Source: Antedon mediterranea | Lineage: Eukaryota; Animalia; Echinodermata | Assembly (NCBI RefSeq): GCF_964355755.1 | Contig: NC_092678.1 | Coordinates: 22,027,365-22,091,364 of the forward strand | Reading direction: 5' to 3' | DNA: 64,000 bases | Shown: positions 42,621-55,600 of the stretch, piece after piece | Position numbering within the stretch: the first letter of the stretch is position 1 | Layout of the letters: each line of letters starts with the position of its first letter | Notes under the pieces: model-generated | Databases searched by the model: none | Seen by the model: the letters and a program-made list of their open reading frames with translations, nothing else | What the model was told of the DNA's origin: nothing | Position numbers and translations under genes: made by a program

Positions 42621-44181
42621 GTTGATTTAGGATTTTTTAAAATGTTAATTATAATGTTATATTCTCCAATGGAAGCACCATCTTTATCTGGGATTTTACC
42701 ATATCCACACGACTAGATGATTGACTGGGGGCACACTAAATGATACAGTGTTTATATTACATTTTAGCCAAGAATTATTGTAGATTTCTAAGTAACTTAA
42801 CTCAATTCAAAAACAAAGTGTTATTTTAAGCAAAATTGTATTATTTAAAGTATGTAAATAAATTCATATTCATTCTGTTGATTTATAAATATTAATAATG
42901 AAAATGAATACCCAGTGTGCTGGACGGTGCCTCGTACATTCAATGCAATCTTAAATTATTCATGGACAATTTGTTTTAAATGTACAGTATTTTAACTGTA
43001 TTATTTCTATGAAAAAAAAATTAAAATTATTTGTAATTGTTTAAAACATGTAACTATGTTGTATAAAACTTTATGTGATTAAATCATAGAATATATAATT
43101 GATGTAATATTTAAAGTGAATTTACTTTCACGATCTCAAATTTTAAAAGAATGGTTATAAAGGCGAGATTACTATTTGAGAAATAAAATTGTATTCGTAA
43201 AATTGTTATTTTCAATGTTTTATTATTGAACATGGTATTGTAATACAGAGTCAATATGTGCTCAACAATGTGTAATATTATATATGGCTTATTTTAATAT
43301 GATTCGTCGAAATAACACCACCTGACCATAAATACGATGGTTGGTTGACATAGCATACAAAATATATATATTGTAACATGTTTTGATACCTCCCTATGGA
43401 CATTATGCTGTCATATCACTAACATATTCGATTATATCCCTACCATATTTGGGCACATCACATTGATTTTGTTTCAAAGTAGTTTGATAGTGTGTAGACA
43501 GAGCTTTAGAGCATCCTAAATGTTATATTACACCTCCAAGCAGGCAATATTTGTATAATACTGACGTTTTCATTATATTCGGTTGAATGTTTGCATAAAT
43601 GTATTTAATCTGTCTCAGTTCTGTTAAATTTTTTTTTTTTTTTTTAATTTGGTTCTTATGTCTACTTTCTTGTTTTGGATTTATATTTAAGTGTGTATGT
43701 ATTATTTTTCACTGTAAACTTGTTGCACATCTCATTGAGACTGTGCCTCTGATTTAAAAGAGATACAATAAAAGTTCAGTTCAGTTCAGTTCAGATATTA
43801 CAAGATCATAATTAAATACTATATTGATTTCGATCCAATTCGGCTCTAAGTCTCTGCAAAACCCTATATTAACATGTTTGGTACTACAATTATTGAGAAA
43901 ATCTTTCCATAAAAAAAAAGATTGTTTTAAAAAAAATGTAAAGAAAACGCGATAGATAAAAATATAGTATTTCACTTCCAAAATCTAAGTACGTTTTTTG
44001 TATCATGATAGGGGGCGCTGTCTAGTTTCTTATTATCGATCGCCGTCTTTTTATTGACCTATCTACAGGCTAGGCCTCTATAGATTAGACAATAATGACA
44101 TGACAAATGTAGGAAAATGGTTGCCATTTAGGTCTAATTCTATCCTTTCCAGTGTACATTTGTTTCTTTAAAATTGTCAAT

Positions 44182-47100
44182 ATGAGTAAGTATGCAATTT
44201 TCTTTTTTTTAATGTGAAAAAATTGATTGATTGAAGAAGGAGGACACAGCTGTTCCAGAAATACAAATTAAGTGTAGCGCCCCCAACGTTCATATCGTTT
44301 TATGGAGTAGCGATTCCGAAAACATATTGTATACAAACCACACGAGGTACCCGGAAGCGATCAAGCATAAAACGACTGTATTTTAATAGCCAATAAAAAC
44401 AAATAAAAACCGCGAAAGCCAGAAAAATAATGAATATTCATTAGAACAACCCTGGATGAAGGTGAAAAAGATGTTGATGTCGTTTTATCACGTGGATTTT
44501 CAGAGGGAATCTAACTGAAAGTTAACCAACATTGTATACCCAACGCCAGTTTTTTTCTCAAGTGATACATTTAAAAAGTAGGTATAAATGTTTTTTTCCA
44601 TATCAGTTTAAAAATAATTTTTTCTGTTGAATTCTTTGATTTAGTTGGATACTTTAGTTATCCTTGAATGTTTTAACAAGGTTCGTATCCATATTGCCTG
44701 GCTGGATTTTTTCCTATGCTAGCTAGGCCCAGGCCCCTTGCGTGGTTAAAACCAGCTGTGTAAGACTAATGGCTGTGTATTTTTAACAGGTAAACATGTC
44801 TATTCTGGGGCCTGAGTGACAGTTTACAGCTGTTTCTAGTAGGCTAGCCTGGTCCTAATTAATAATGAGGCCTAGCCTAGGACCTAGCTAGGCCTAAGAT
44901 ATTTAAAAAATCATATTGGGAGGGGAGTTACACTACAGTAGGTCAGGCTACATGCCTATACTATATATAAAATATAGGCTACATCATCAGCAGGTTAAAG
45001 GCCTAGCAGCCTACCTAAACCTTCTTAGTCAAAGATAATTGTTCTCGGGGGTGTAATATATTAATAGAAAGAAGCTATAGAGTACTGTGACATTAGATAT
45101 TTAATTATAACAAATGTATATTTCTTTCATATTTGTATTGTATATTTATTATTAATACAGTATTTTGATATGCAATCAAAATCTGAATCAGTAAATTACA
45201 TCAATTTCCGTTATCAATCAATTAATATATTAAAACCACATTAATATAAAATAACATTCAAAAAATTCAATTACAATTCATATACCATTTGTTAATGTAT
45301 TTCCAAAACCATTGTTCTAGCAATAAAAAAAAACCACTACCATTCATACAGTATACTGTACATAATATACAATACTGTAACAATTAATTACAACAAATGT
45401 ATATTTCTTTCATATTTGTATTGTATATTTATTTATTCTTATTTTGATATGCAATCAAAATCTGAATCAGTAAATAACATCAATTTCCGTTATCAAATCA
45501 ATTTCTTAAAACCAAATTAAAATAAAAATAACTTCCAAAAAATTAAATTACAATTCATATACCATTTGTTAATATTTCCAAAATCATTGTTCTGGCAATA
45601 ACAAAAAAACCACTACCATTCATAATATGTACAATACTGTAACAATTAAGTGAGTGAGAAATAGCAAACTATTCCTCAACTTTTCTGCACTTGGGCCTAG
45701 TCACCTCATGCTGGATATCGGGTGAAATAAAAGTCAGATGTGACTTCATGATTGACATAAGCTGGTCAAGGTTGCTCTTTAATCCATATACCGCCCTTTT
45801 CCGGCGATTAAATTCTGAGTGGATTAATTCGCCGCCTTGCTCAGCTAAGAGTCCAACTCCTACTCTCCATTCTCTCATGAACGGTATTGTGTGGTGCTCC
45901 AACATGTGCAATTTTGGTTGAATCACATTTGGAGCGATGCGTCTGTATTCTTTGGAGAACAGTTGTATGTGGGTTTCTGTTTTGTGAAAAAAATTTTAAT
46001 ATTTTATTTGAAAGATGTATTGTCTTTTGAAATGACAAAAAATCATGAATTAAATTTTAATGTAACAAGAAAGTTTATAAATGAGAATTTAAATTATACA
46101 GATGTTTGAAGAAATTAATCACACATTAAGAATAAATAAAACCAGACAAAATTCACATAATTTGGTCATCAGTTTTTGCTTACCATATTGATCTATTTCT
46201 GAATCAGTGATGCGCCTCGTATGGTTTATGCATTCATGGACATTAGTAAAGGTTTTGAATACAGGTGTAAATGATTCCTGTATCTTGTGCAATTTTGTTT
46301 CAAGCAGTTGCTTACAGTTTGTAGGACAGTGATGTATCTGTTGCTTTAAAGTCATTGAGACACCATCCATGAGCTTTTCTATGATGTTGAACTAAAAATA
46401 AAATATATAGTTTAAAATAAAACGTTTACAGTATGGCGAGAGTCAATCGCAAATAATTCTTAATTTTATTACTTATTTTGCTGTGTAAAAATTAACGAAC
46501 TTCACATTTTAGAAATTTTAGTTACTCACTTTGCATGCTCTGTATACATGGTTTCCCACAAAACTCTTTCCGTGGTACTGCTGTCGAGGAATTTTATTCT
46601 TCCTCAACACCTCGTCCATTTTTGTACATAGAGGTCCAGTTCCAAATTTTATCTCTTGGTTCATAGTGCTTCGCTATATAAAATATAAAAGAAATATAGC
46701 ATTAATTTTTATAGTATTGTATATTTTAGACATAATTTTAAATTTTAAAGGTGTATACTGTAGTACTGACCAAGTCTTTGACCTCTTGTTCTTTCAGATT
46801 TATTCTGTGGCCAGTCTCTGCAATCTCTGCAATCTTGTTATGCTGTTTTGTCACAAGTGACACTGAGAGCTCGTTTCTTAAATCCTCAAGATTCTCTTCT
46901 AAAGACTGGATTTTAATCATTGTAGCATTTCGATGCGCTGCAGCTTCTGATATGCTTTTCTCAAAGTCTGCTAGATGATCACCTGAGATTAAACAATATT
47001 GGTCAATCAAATAAATTTCAATCTGCATCAAAAATGAGCATCAAAATTAGTATATTTAAAAAATGTTAATGATAATATGGATAATTCATAGAAAAATAAG

Positions 47101-50100
47101 TTTCAGCCAAAGGTTTGTTTATTATGCATAAAAACAGGATAAACAATTTCGAAATTTACTGAATTCTATGCTGAAAGGGACCATGTATATTTTAAAAGCA
47201 ACTTCACCAATTGAGTTTATTTAATGTCAATGTAAAGTTAAAACAACATTTGAAGTTACCAGTCAAGATGTCACCATCCTGTCGCATGTTAAAAATTATA
47301 ACATCAAGATTGTGCACGTCTTTTTCCAGCATATCATAGAGTTTCTTAAACAACCCAAGAGAAATGTGTAATGCTGGTATTGACACCTGGAAAAATAGTT
47401 GAGGAAATATTTAATAAAGAGGTATATTTATAAATTACTGTAACAATTGTTTGTTTTGACAGTTATTTTATACTAACATTGTTATTTAATATGGAAGTAC
47501 AAACACACATTTCATTGTTTGGAGTGTGTATTAAACTTTCTAAATTGAGATTTTAATTAATTTTGAATTTAACCTAACATAAACACTGGGGACCTGTGCT
47601 GTTATGATTATTTACCTACCCTGTTTAATTCGATGTGTACCAGGTATGGCCTAACAACGCTGTGCGATATTGTTTTGCTTTTTTTTTTGTCACTCCCATG
47701 GTCTACAAAAGACTTGTAGTCACGATTGTAGGTCTTGAGACATCTACAGGCTTGAGGAACATTGTTGGTTCTAATGTCATCTTGATTACAAAAACAATAG
47801 ATGCAACTGTACTTTCCTTTAAAAAAATCAATTTTTAAATCTACATAATATATATAGTACTTCAGTTTTGTGTAACAAATGCCAAACAATGAGAGCTAAT
47901 AGCCAAAATATAAAAAAAAAATTGTATTGAAACTGGAAATTGTACTTACCATTTGGGCCAACAAGTCCATATACCTTTGACAAAAAATCATAATCCCCAA
48001 AAAAGAATAGGCGGATATTGTGAGTTCTGTAAAATGAGAAGTTATTTTCATTCAATTACCATGAATTCTAATTAATTACATTAATCATAATTAAAGATAT
48101 ACAAATTATGTAACATTTTCAAATTAAGTTGCATATTATAATTATGTAGCTCTGCTATATACTTAAGTCAGTGTTACTCATTCCAATATTATACTACTGT
48201 ATTTAATATTACTTTTTGGTCTTTGGTGAGGTCCACTGGTTTCCATCTAAATCCATGACTTCATCAAGAACCAGTTTCAAGCCTTTTTCGACATTAACTA
48301 TAAAATCTGGTGCTTGGAATGCCAAAATGACAATAATATTGTGCAGTGCATTGGGTTTAGGTAAACTGCAAATTTGAACTTCAAATTTAGTGGTATCACC
48401 ACCCTTGTCTCCTCCAAACTTGAGAAATATGTCTCCATCTTTGAAGAAGTTCAATTCATCAGACCTACAAAATTTAAAATTGCTTGTTACAAAATTAAAT
48501 ATAATTTAAGTCTTCCCTGACTAGATTTGTAATTATTTTATTCTTATATTTATACCACATGCAATCTATTATAGTATATATAATTTGTGCCAATAATACA
48601 GTACTGATGTATGAAATAGGTTTGTTTAAAAATAACAACAAAAAATGTTACATACATATCATATTTGTTTAGGTAGTCATAGATTAGTTCTTTGATTTTG
48701 GTTAGTCGGACTACTGCAACCTCTTCCAAAACAAGACCTCCTATAGATGTGGCTCCATCTCGTTTGACAAACATGTATTCCATAGAATCTACTATGTGAT
48801 CACCGATAATCTGTTCTTGGCAAATGCGCATTTGCCTTTCAGAAGCCAAAACTCCTGGGCAAAATCTATATTAAAAAAAAAAATGTATATACAGTACTGA
48901 TTAATTATAGTTTTTATAGTTTTCTATAGTATTCTAAATTCAATTAAAAAAAAAGTAAACTGTTGACTGAATAATAGTAAACAGTGGCTGTGTGGCCCGA
49001 CGGAGGTCCACATACCCGACACGAAAAGCAATAATAAAATAAATTACCTCCGCAGTGCTCGTTGCTGGCTCCAATTTATGCGGCAGGCATTCATGATTGC
49101 CAAACATCTTTGGGGGTCCATTTTCTCTTCAGTACTGGTAACACTAACAGTTGTTGTGCACTCTGATTGTTTAACAATGTTGATTGGCTGAATTTGATCA
49201 AATAAAATATTTGTATGATTTATCAAATAATAATGTATAATGAGTGAATCAAGAGTGTAGGCCTACATTATGATAAATTTAAATTAATTGTAATGGGTTA
49301 AAAAACTCACCCGTCCTCGAGTCATAAGTGACACTTTCTTATTATTCATAAGGTCTTTCCGTACTATGTTGTGTGCCATGCTTTTCAATTCTTTTGGCCA
49401 AACCTCATTTGTTTGGGCAGTACATGTAATTTCTTCAACTGCACTTAAAATTTTGGTGAATGCCTGTTCTTTAAACGTTTTGCAAACATGATTGGGGGTT
49501 TCTGACCAAACTAATTGAATTTTACATTGTTTGCATTGCAAAGGGACTCGTTTAAGCGATTGTTCTACAATAAGTGGAACTGGTTTGAGATCTTTGTTAC
49601 TGACAATTTGGCTGCAGTTAAAACAATCAATTGATTCTCGTCCTACTGCCTTAAACAATTTGTTTATGCAAAATGTACAAAAAAAATGTTGACAAGGCGT
49701 CTGCTGGCTGTCAATTGACAACAAATTATTGCATATCTGACATTCATACACTTGATTATCGTAATTTTCAAAAATTTTAAATTGAGGATTTAGTAGCAAG
49801 TGCTCATGAGTGGGAATAAAACTGCCAGTAGTATTGCTTCTGTTTTCGGGAAACTTGCATTTCTTCAGCCTTCGACCAGGTCTTGATTGTTGACTGAATA
49901 AGTAGCAGGCTAAGCATTTGTCTCCATGGTCTTTGAAATTAAATGGTGTTATGTTGTGTCCACCAAGTGCGCTAACGTGACAGCTTCCACATAGCCACTT
50001 AAGATTTGGATCCAAATTATATTCATAAGTGTACTTTACATCTTTTATTTTAAATTTTTTTCCGCAACAGTAGCAAAGGGAACTCAATGCCCTTTCGTGA

Positions 50101-53100
50101 AACTCCATTACTGTATATGAAATAAAATATAAAAAATTTTAAATAAAAATAGCTCCGCAGCTTATCTGTGAAATATATTTGTAATTGTATGTGTAATTTT
50201 TATAAAGGCCTATAATAGTAGTATAGTTACAGTAATGACTGTCACTCAGTCACACCAGCTAGCCTAAAAATGCACCAGAAAAGCAATAATTATTATTATA
50301 AACACATGCCATTAATTATTTGATAACAGTTATAATGATTAAATTTAGGATTAGGATAATTAAAGGTTTTACTACTACGAATTTTCTATGTTTGGGCCTA
50401 GCTTCATCCTAGGCCCACATTACTGTCAAGTTTATCGCCGGCTTCAACGCACTTTCTAAGCCTATCGCCAAACAGTTTTCTCGCCGATAACAATAACAAC
50501 GTATAAAGGGGTTGCAAAATATGCGAGTTTTACTAAAAACTGAACCAGGCTATATTAACATAACTTGTATTATTTTATTTATATAATAATGATGGCCTAT
50601 ATTCTAGTTCGTTCTTTTTCTAAAAAAATGAATTATATCCAAAAAATAAGTTAGGAATACAATGATATTTTCTACTTACGATTGTTTACTATTTCATTAC
50701 ACAGTTTCTATCGACTTCCTGGTTTATGTGTGGGAGATTATTTCAGTAAAATGGACAATATCGTCGTTTATTTATTAATTTATATTAAAGAAACAATAAA
50801 ATATTGATTTTTTAATTGAACATAAACTTTTTTAATCGTTTGGTTTTATATAAAATGTGTTTTCTACATAAAAACTAACGGTAGCAAAATTTAATTTGGC
50901 GTTCGCGAAATAATGGTTTGTGTACAAAATTCATAAGTTCGCGCGGATCGGAGAGCGTCGTCTGCTAACACTGAGGGCGCTTTACTTTTTCTGATATCTT
51001 AACACTAGTTGAAACAGCTGTGAGGACGACTCTATCGACCGACGACGGCCGGAGAGCCCTACTGAACTAGTGAAGGTTAAGGTTAGGCCTAGCTCTAGAA
51101 GCATTTTTTTTTTTCATGATAAAAGTTTCTAAATTTCGAAGAAAACATGGAGTCAAGTATATTATTAAGAAGACAAACTGTGAAATAATAGTATTTTTAT
51201 TATTCTAGCTAGGCCAAGTTACTGACAGGTATATACTATTTATAGGCCAGCCTGTCAGTGTTATTAAATTAAAAAGTTAAAATTCTCTCTTTCGTTTTTG
51301 TATGTAGGTTGGGGACGCCTATACCAACGGTTCATTTGTGTATGCATCATATCAATTTTACTGTGCTTTTTCATCGTTTACCAGCTACAACCTAATCCGT
51401 CAGCAAACAGGTATTCTACAGTAAATTTATTTTATCCAAGTCATGTCGTGTAAGTAAAGTGCCATTTTTGAAGATATTGAAGTTTTAAATTCTTTCTGAT
51501 TTCTCTTTATTTTAGCAGTAACAAAGGAGAAGTGGATTCGTTACTTATACGTGAAATAGAGTACGACAGACCTCCGAAAGAAGACGTAAAAGAATACGAT
51601 AGACCACCGAAAGAAGATGTCGCAGAATATGATAGACCTCCGAAAGAAGACGTCGTAGAATACGATAAACCACCGAAAGAAGATGTCGTGGAACACGATA
51701 AACCACCGAAAGAGGACGTCAATATCACCAGTAATCGGTCCAATCGAGAAAAACCCATTAAAAATAAACCAGAGCTTCTAAGACCTCAACAGTTTGGGAA
51801 AATGGTTCACTTTGCTACCAACGATTCAATGTTTGATTTCAGGACAAAAATAGATTTTAAACCAACAGTAAGAAAGTTTTTAGTTGATAAACAAAACATA
51901 CAAAAATCATTATGACCAGTAGTAATATGTTTAATATTTTTTCCCCCAGACTTGTCCAAATTCCATCCAGAAAAAACTGCAACAAAGTAAATGGGCATCA
52001 GAGATGTTCCTGCCAAATATCACCATGGCGATGCATGAGGGCGCCATGTCTGAAGAGGAGTATAATCGACTGCATGCGTTCGGTATGCCGTTTGGGCTTA
52101 GCTTCCGAGATGACTTATTATACTCAGGTAAATGATGACAAATAGGAGATATATTGTATATTAATATAAAGGCAAATTACTGACAAAAATGACAATGCTG
52201 TCGGTATCAGTGGCTGGATCTCAATGTAGATACAAAATAAAATAAGCAAAAAGCTAAATCAAAACGATAAAGTAAATGAGCCAGAAAAATTAGCGTTTAT
52301 ATATTTATATATAAATATAAATCCAAAGGCAAATTACTGAAAAAAATGACAATGCTGTGGGTATCAGATATATATATATGTATATAAATATATAAACGTA
52401 TCATATCTAAACGTATCAGGCACAGAAACAATTCTAAACCTCCCAGTGATATACTGAAATTTAACTAATTCATTTGAAACGATAAGATGAAGAAATCTGT
52501 GAGAATGAGAAAAATCGCCCCAACCGAGACTATATTTATATATGATACTTACTGTATGCTCAAAATGAGGGTGATTTTCCTTTGTAGAAAAGCCTATTTG
52601 ACCGTGATTGGTTGGTTTCATCTTCCGATCATCTGTAAATTATTAAATGAAAACATTTAACTGTGCTCCATTCCTTAGTTCTAATATGGGTCCAAGATAT
52701 AAATAGAATCTGGGACAGATGGTGTCAATCCAAGATTTTTTCTACAGTATTTTAAAAAGCTTTTTCTTCTGCAGATTTACAAGCAATCCTATCAAAGCTA
52801 CCTCGTGTGGACAGTATATTAGACTTTTCTGGTAAAGAGAGACCATCATGCCTCAGCTGTGCCGTTGTAGGGAATGGCGGCATTCTGAACGGATCTAAGC
52901 TTGGCAAAGAAATAGACGAACATGATCTTGTCTTCCGGTAATTTTATATTCCTCATATAATATTTGTAAAAATACTATTGTTGTTTTATAATGTATGTTT
53001 ACTATACAAATGAACCAATTTATATGTGTTTTCTGAATAGTGGTTGGCCAAACTTTATGTGACAAAAAAATGGACATAATGATGTCAAATCACTGCCATA

Positions 53101-54516
53101 TTTGAGCAAATTACTACCATATTTGGGCACATTTGTCAAAGTAGTTTCATAGTGTAGACAGAGCTTTAAAACATAATATTGTCCTTGTGTTCTTTTTACA
53201 GGAATATTTCCCTTTTATACAGTAGCTGTCCCTGAATAGGAGGTTCCTCTGAATATGGTTGACCCCTAAATAGGGGTGTCACCTAAATATTACAAAGTTA
53301 GAACTGCTATTGCTAATAGGTCACTAAATCTCTGTCTACACTATCAAACTAGTTTGATAAAAAAAGTTTGATGTGACCAAATATGGTAGTGATATGCCCA
53401 AATATGGTAGTGATGTGCCCAAATACGGTAGTGATATGACATCATCATGTCCATATATGGGCACATCACATGTTTTGTCGTATAAAGTTTGATAGTGTAG
53501 AGCTTAAGATTACCATTTTTTATTTTCGTCGTTTTAAGGGTGAACCACGCCATCCGCAGGGGATTTGAGGAAGATGTCGGAACAAAGACAACACATTATG
53601 TAATGATGGACAGATCATTAGCCCACACCAGTAAAGAAGATGTCCCACGAGATAAGGTAGGTATCTATCTTCAATGGCAGCTATCAAAACCATTATGAAT
53701 ATTCTCACAATTTTTGAATGGCTATAAAATTGTTTTAATGACCAGTTATAGGCATCTTGTGAAATACAAAACATGAATAAAATAGTTCAATATAGGATTA
53801 CATAATAATATGTTTTTGTTTTTAAGGGAATCAAATACGTCTTTTTACCGTGCCGAAGGAAAGACTATAACTATATTAACACTGTTATTGGACCACCGGA
53901 CCCAAAACGACAACTGGTTGCAGATGCCAAAGATTTGAGAATTCTCCACCCTGATTTTGTTCGTTACATCCATAGAGTGTAAGTAGGCTACAAGAGGAGG
54001 ACGAAATGCTACATCTCTCTTTTTTTTATAATTTTATTAATTATTATAAAACATATAATTTTATTTTTTGCTTAATTTTTAACTTGAGATTGGCAATGGT
54101 GTTCACTTTTCGTTAAATATCGTTTATTTCAATATTTTTTCATAATAATTCTAAGAAGTTTCAACTTAAAAAATAAAAATGATACAATTTAATTCAAGAA
54201 TAGCCAAATTGTCAGAGGAGAGGCTTGCTATATTGATATTTTTTTGTCCTCTAGTTGGATGAAAGTGCGTGCCTTTCGACCAACGACCGGTGGCATGATG
54301 TTTATGTCGGCACTGCATGCTGGATGCGATTCGCTGGACGTATACGGTATGGGATACACTAGACAGTACTCGGATCATTACTACGACTTGACCTACATTC
54401 CATTTAAGGCATTCCTTGGTAGCCATGACTACAGACGAGAGATTAAACTTATGAAAATGTTAGATGATGATGGTATAATTAATTGGTATAAGCGAGACGT
54501 CAAGGAGTTTTTGTAA
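44182..54516 (+). CDS. GT29 sialyltransferase, ST6GalNAc I/II-like, copy A. Exons: 44182-44185, 51308-51410, 51516-51867, 51950-52127, 52775-52937, 53539-53656, 53827-53978, 54255-54516 (443 aa)
   Basis: Type II TM anchor. Sialylmotif [30 protein letters not shown]...[10 protein letters not shown], motif S RPTTGG...CD...VYG, motif III HYYD, motif VS HDYRRE. The ATGA|GTAAGT first coding exon is mirrored in copy B. Confidence 0.88.
45102..45649. repeat. Tandem duplication of ~283 bp downstream of the transposase stop
   Basis: 45102-45384 is repeated with scattered differences at 45385-45649. Confidence 0.85.
45669..50108 (-). CDS. Chapaev transposase with RAG1-like N-terminal Zn fingers and RING, 11 exons: 50108-49311, 49187-49048, 48865-48656, 48464-48213, 48026-47950, 47816-47620, 47386-47260, 46982-46771, 46673-46530, 46391-46184, 45976-45669 (890 aa)
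   Basis: 2673 nt, phases consistent, no stops. N-terminal [54 protein letters not shown], finger CKQC..HVC. Core motifs KFGGDKGG (D), FGDYDFL (D), [48 protein letters not shown] (E). Confidence 0.88.
51559..51720 (+). repeat. Coding 33-bp repeat x5 ([11 protein letters not shown]) in the sialyltransferase A stem
   Basis: Visible in ORF 51532-51915. Absent from copy B. Confidence 0.92.
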
Positions 54517-54524
54517 GAACACCA

Positions 54525-54766
54525 ATGGCGTACTACTGGTACCGTACTACTGGTGCTGTACCACTGGTACCTTATCACTGGTACTGTACCACTGGTGCCA
54601 AACAACTGTTACTGTACCACTGGTGCCGAACAACTGGTGCCATACCACTGGTGCCATACCACTGGTGCCATACCACTGGTGTCTTACCACTGGTGCCGTA
54701 CAACTGTTACCGTACCACTGGTACCGCACCACTGGTGTCTTACCACTGTTACCGTACCACTGGTGC
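54525..54766 (+). repeat. ~14-bp degenerate satellite (TACCACTGGTGCCA) after the copy A stop codon
   Basis: About 17 iterations of YACCACTGGT/YACAACTGTT. Confidence 0.9.
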
Positions 54767-55600
54767 TAGTAAAGCTATTTTTATCACATCTGCACAACTC
54801 CCCATGACAATTACCCTTTGTCTAGGTGTTATGGTTCGATTCATGGTTAGGGTAGGTTTTAGTGGGTTCTTGTACTAAAGGTTTTTGCAGTAGAAAAGTT
54901 CTCCTTGCATAGTAATTGTCTGGGGTAGTCTTTTTAATAATTTTCTATATTTTATAACCTTTTTTTTTAATTATGCAACACATTTTAGTTTAATGTTTTG
55001 TACTTAATGAATTTAAATGGCAATAACAAACCTGTGCCCATCCTGATAGAGTGATATAATGATGTGTACAGCAACATTTTATGGAAATAACTGCAAAAAT
55101 AGTAGAATTGTAGTAATAACATGTACTTAAGTCACAAAGTTTGTGGGTCTTTAAGGAAATACTGACAATTTGTCGGCAATTTTTTTTTTGCGTCGCAAAA
55201 CATAGCTGGAAATTTGAATATGCATAAATCAAAGCTTTTGATTGGCTGTGAATAATAACCTATAGTATAGTTCTAGTCTTCTATATAAATTCAGAGAAAT
55301 TGTTGACCATACCTTGACATTTACTTGTATGTAAAAATCATTGATGTAAACTATATATTTAGAGTACAAAGTAAAATTCATCAATGAAAATATTTATTTT
55401 ATTATATCGTAATAAAACTCTGAAAATTATTTGGTTGATGTTTGATTTTTTAAATATTTTACTAACCACCCACCTGCTTTATTTAAATGACTTTGGATGT
55501 TTAAAAATGTTTAAAAATCATTTTGTTTTATCAGAGACAAAACAAACAAAAATCTAAAATACAGTTAGATTTGTTAATTGTATAAAGCTCTGTCTACACT

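Larger units (their letters stand above)
44245..51022 (-). mobile_element. Autonomous Chapaev (N-RAG-TP-like) DNA transposon, 6778 bp, in intron 1 of sialyltransferase A
   Basis: Termini CACAGCTGTTCCA...TGAAACAGCTGTG. 4-bp TSD AGGA at 44241-44244 and 51023-51026. CAC..GTG ends with a 4-bp TSD define Chapaev. Confidence 0.9.

Noticed and set aside
42361-42625. Repetitive ORFs (MVNYN..., QQWS...)
   Set aside because: Translations of a satellite that is open in several frames.
44245-51022. True RAG1/RAG2 (ProtoRAG) or Transib transposon
   Set aside because: The TSD is 4 bp (AGGA), not 5 bp. The core motifs (GGDKGG, GDYDFL, EQGGE) are Chapaev-type. No RAG2-like kelch or PHD coding sequence was seen.
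54525-54878. Cys/His/Trp-rich repeat ORFs
   Set aside because: Products of a 14-bp satellite in the 3' UTR region, open in several frames and on both strands.
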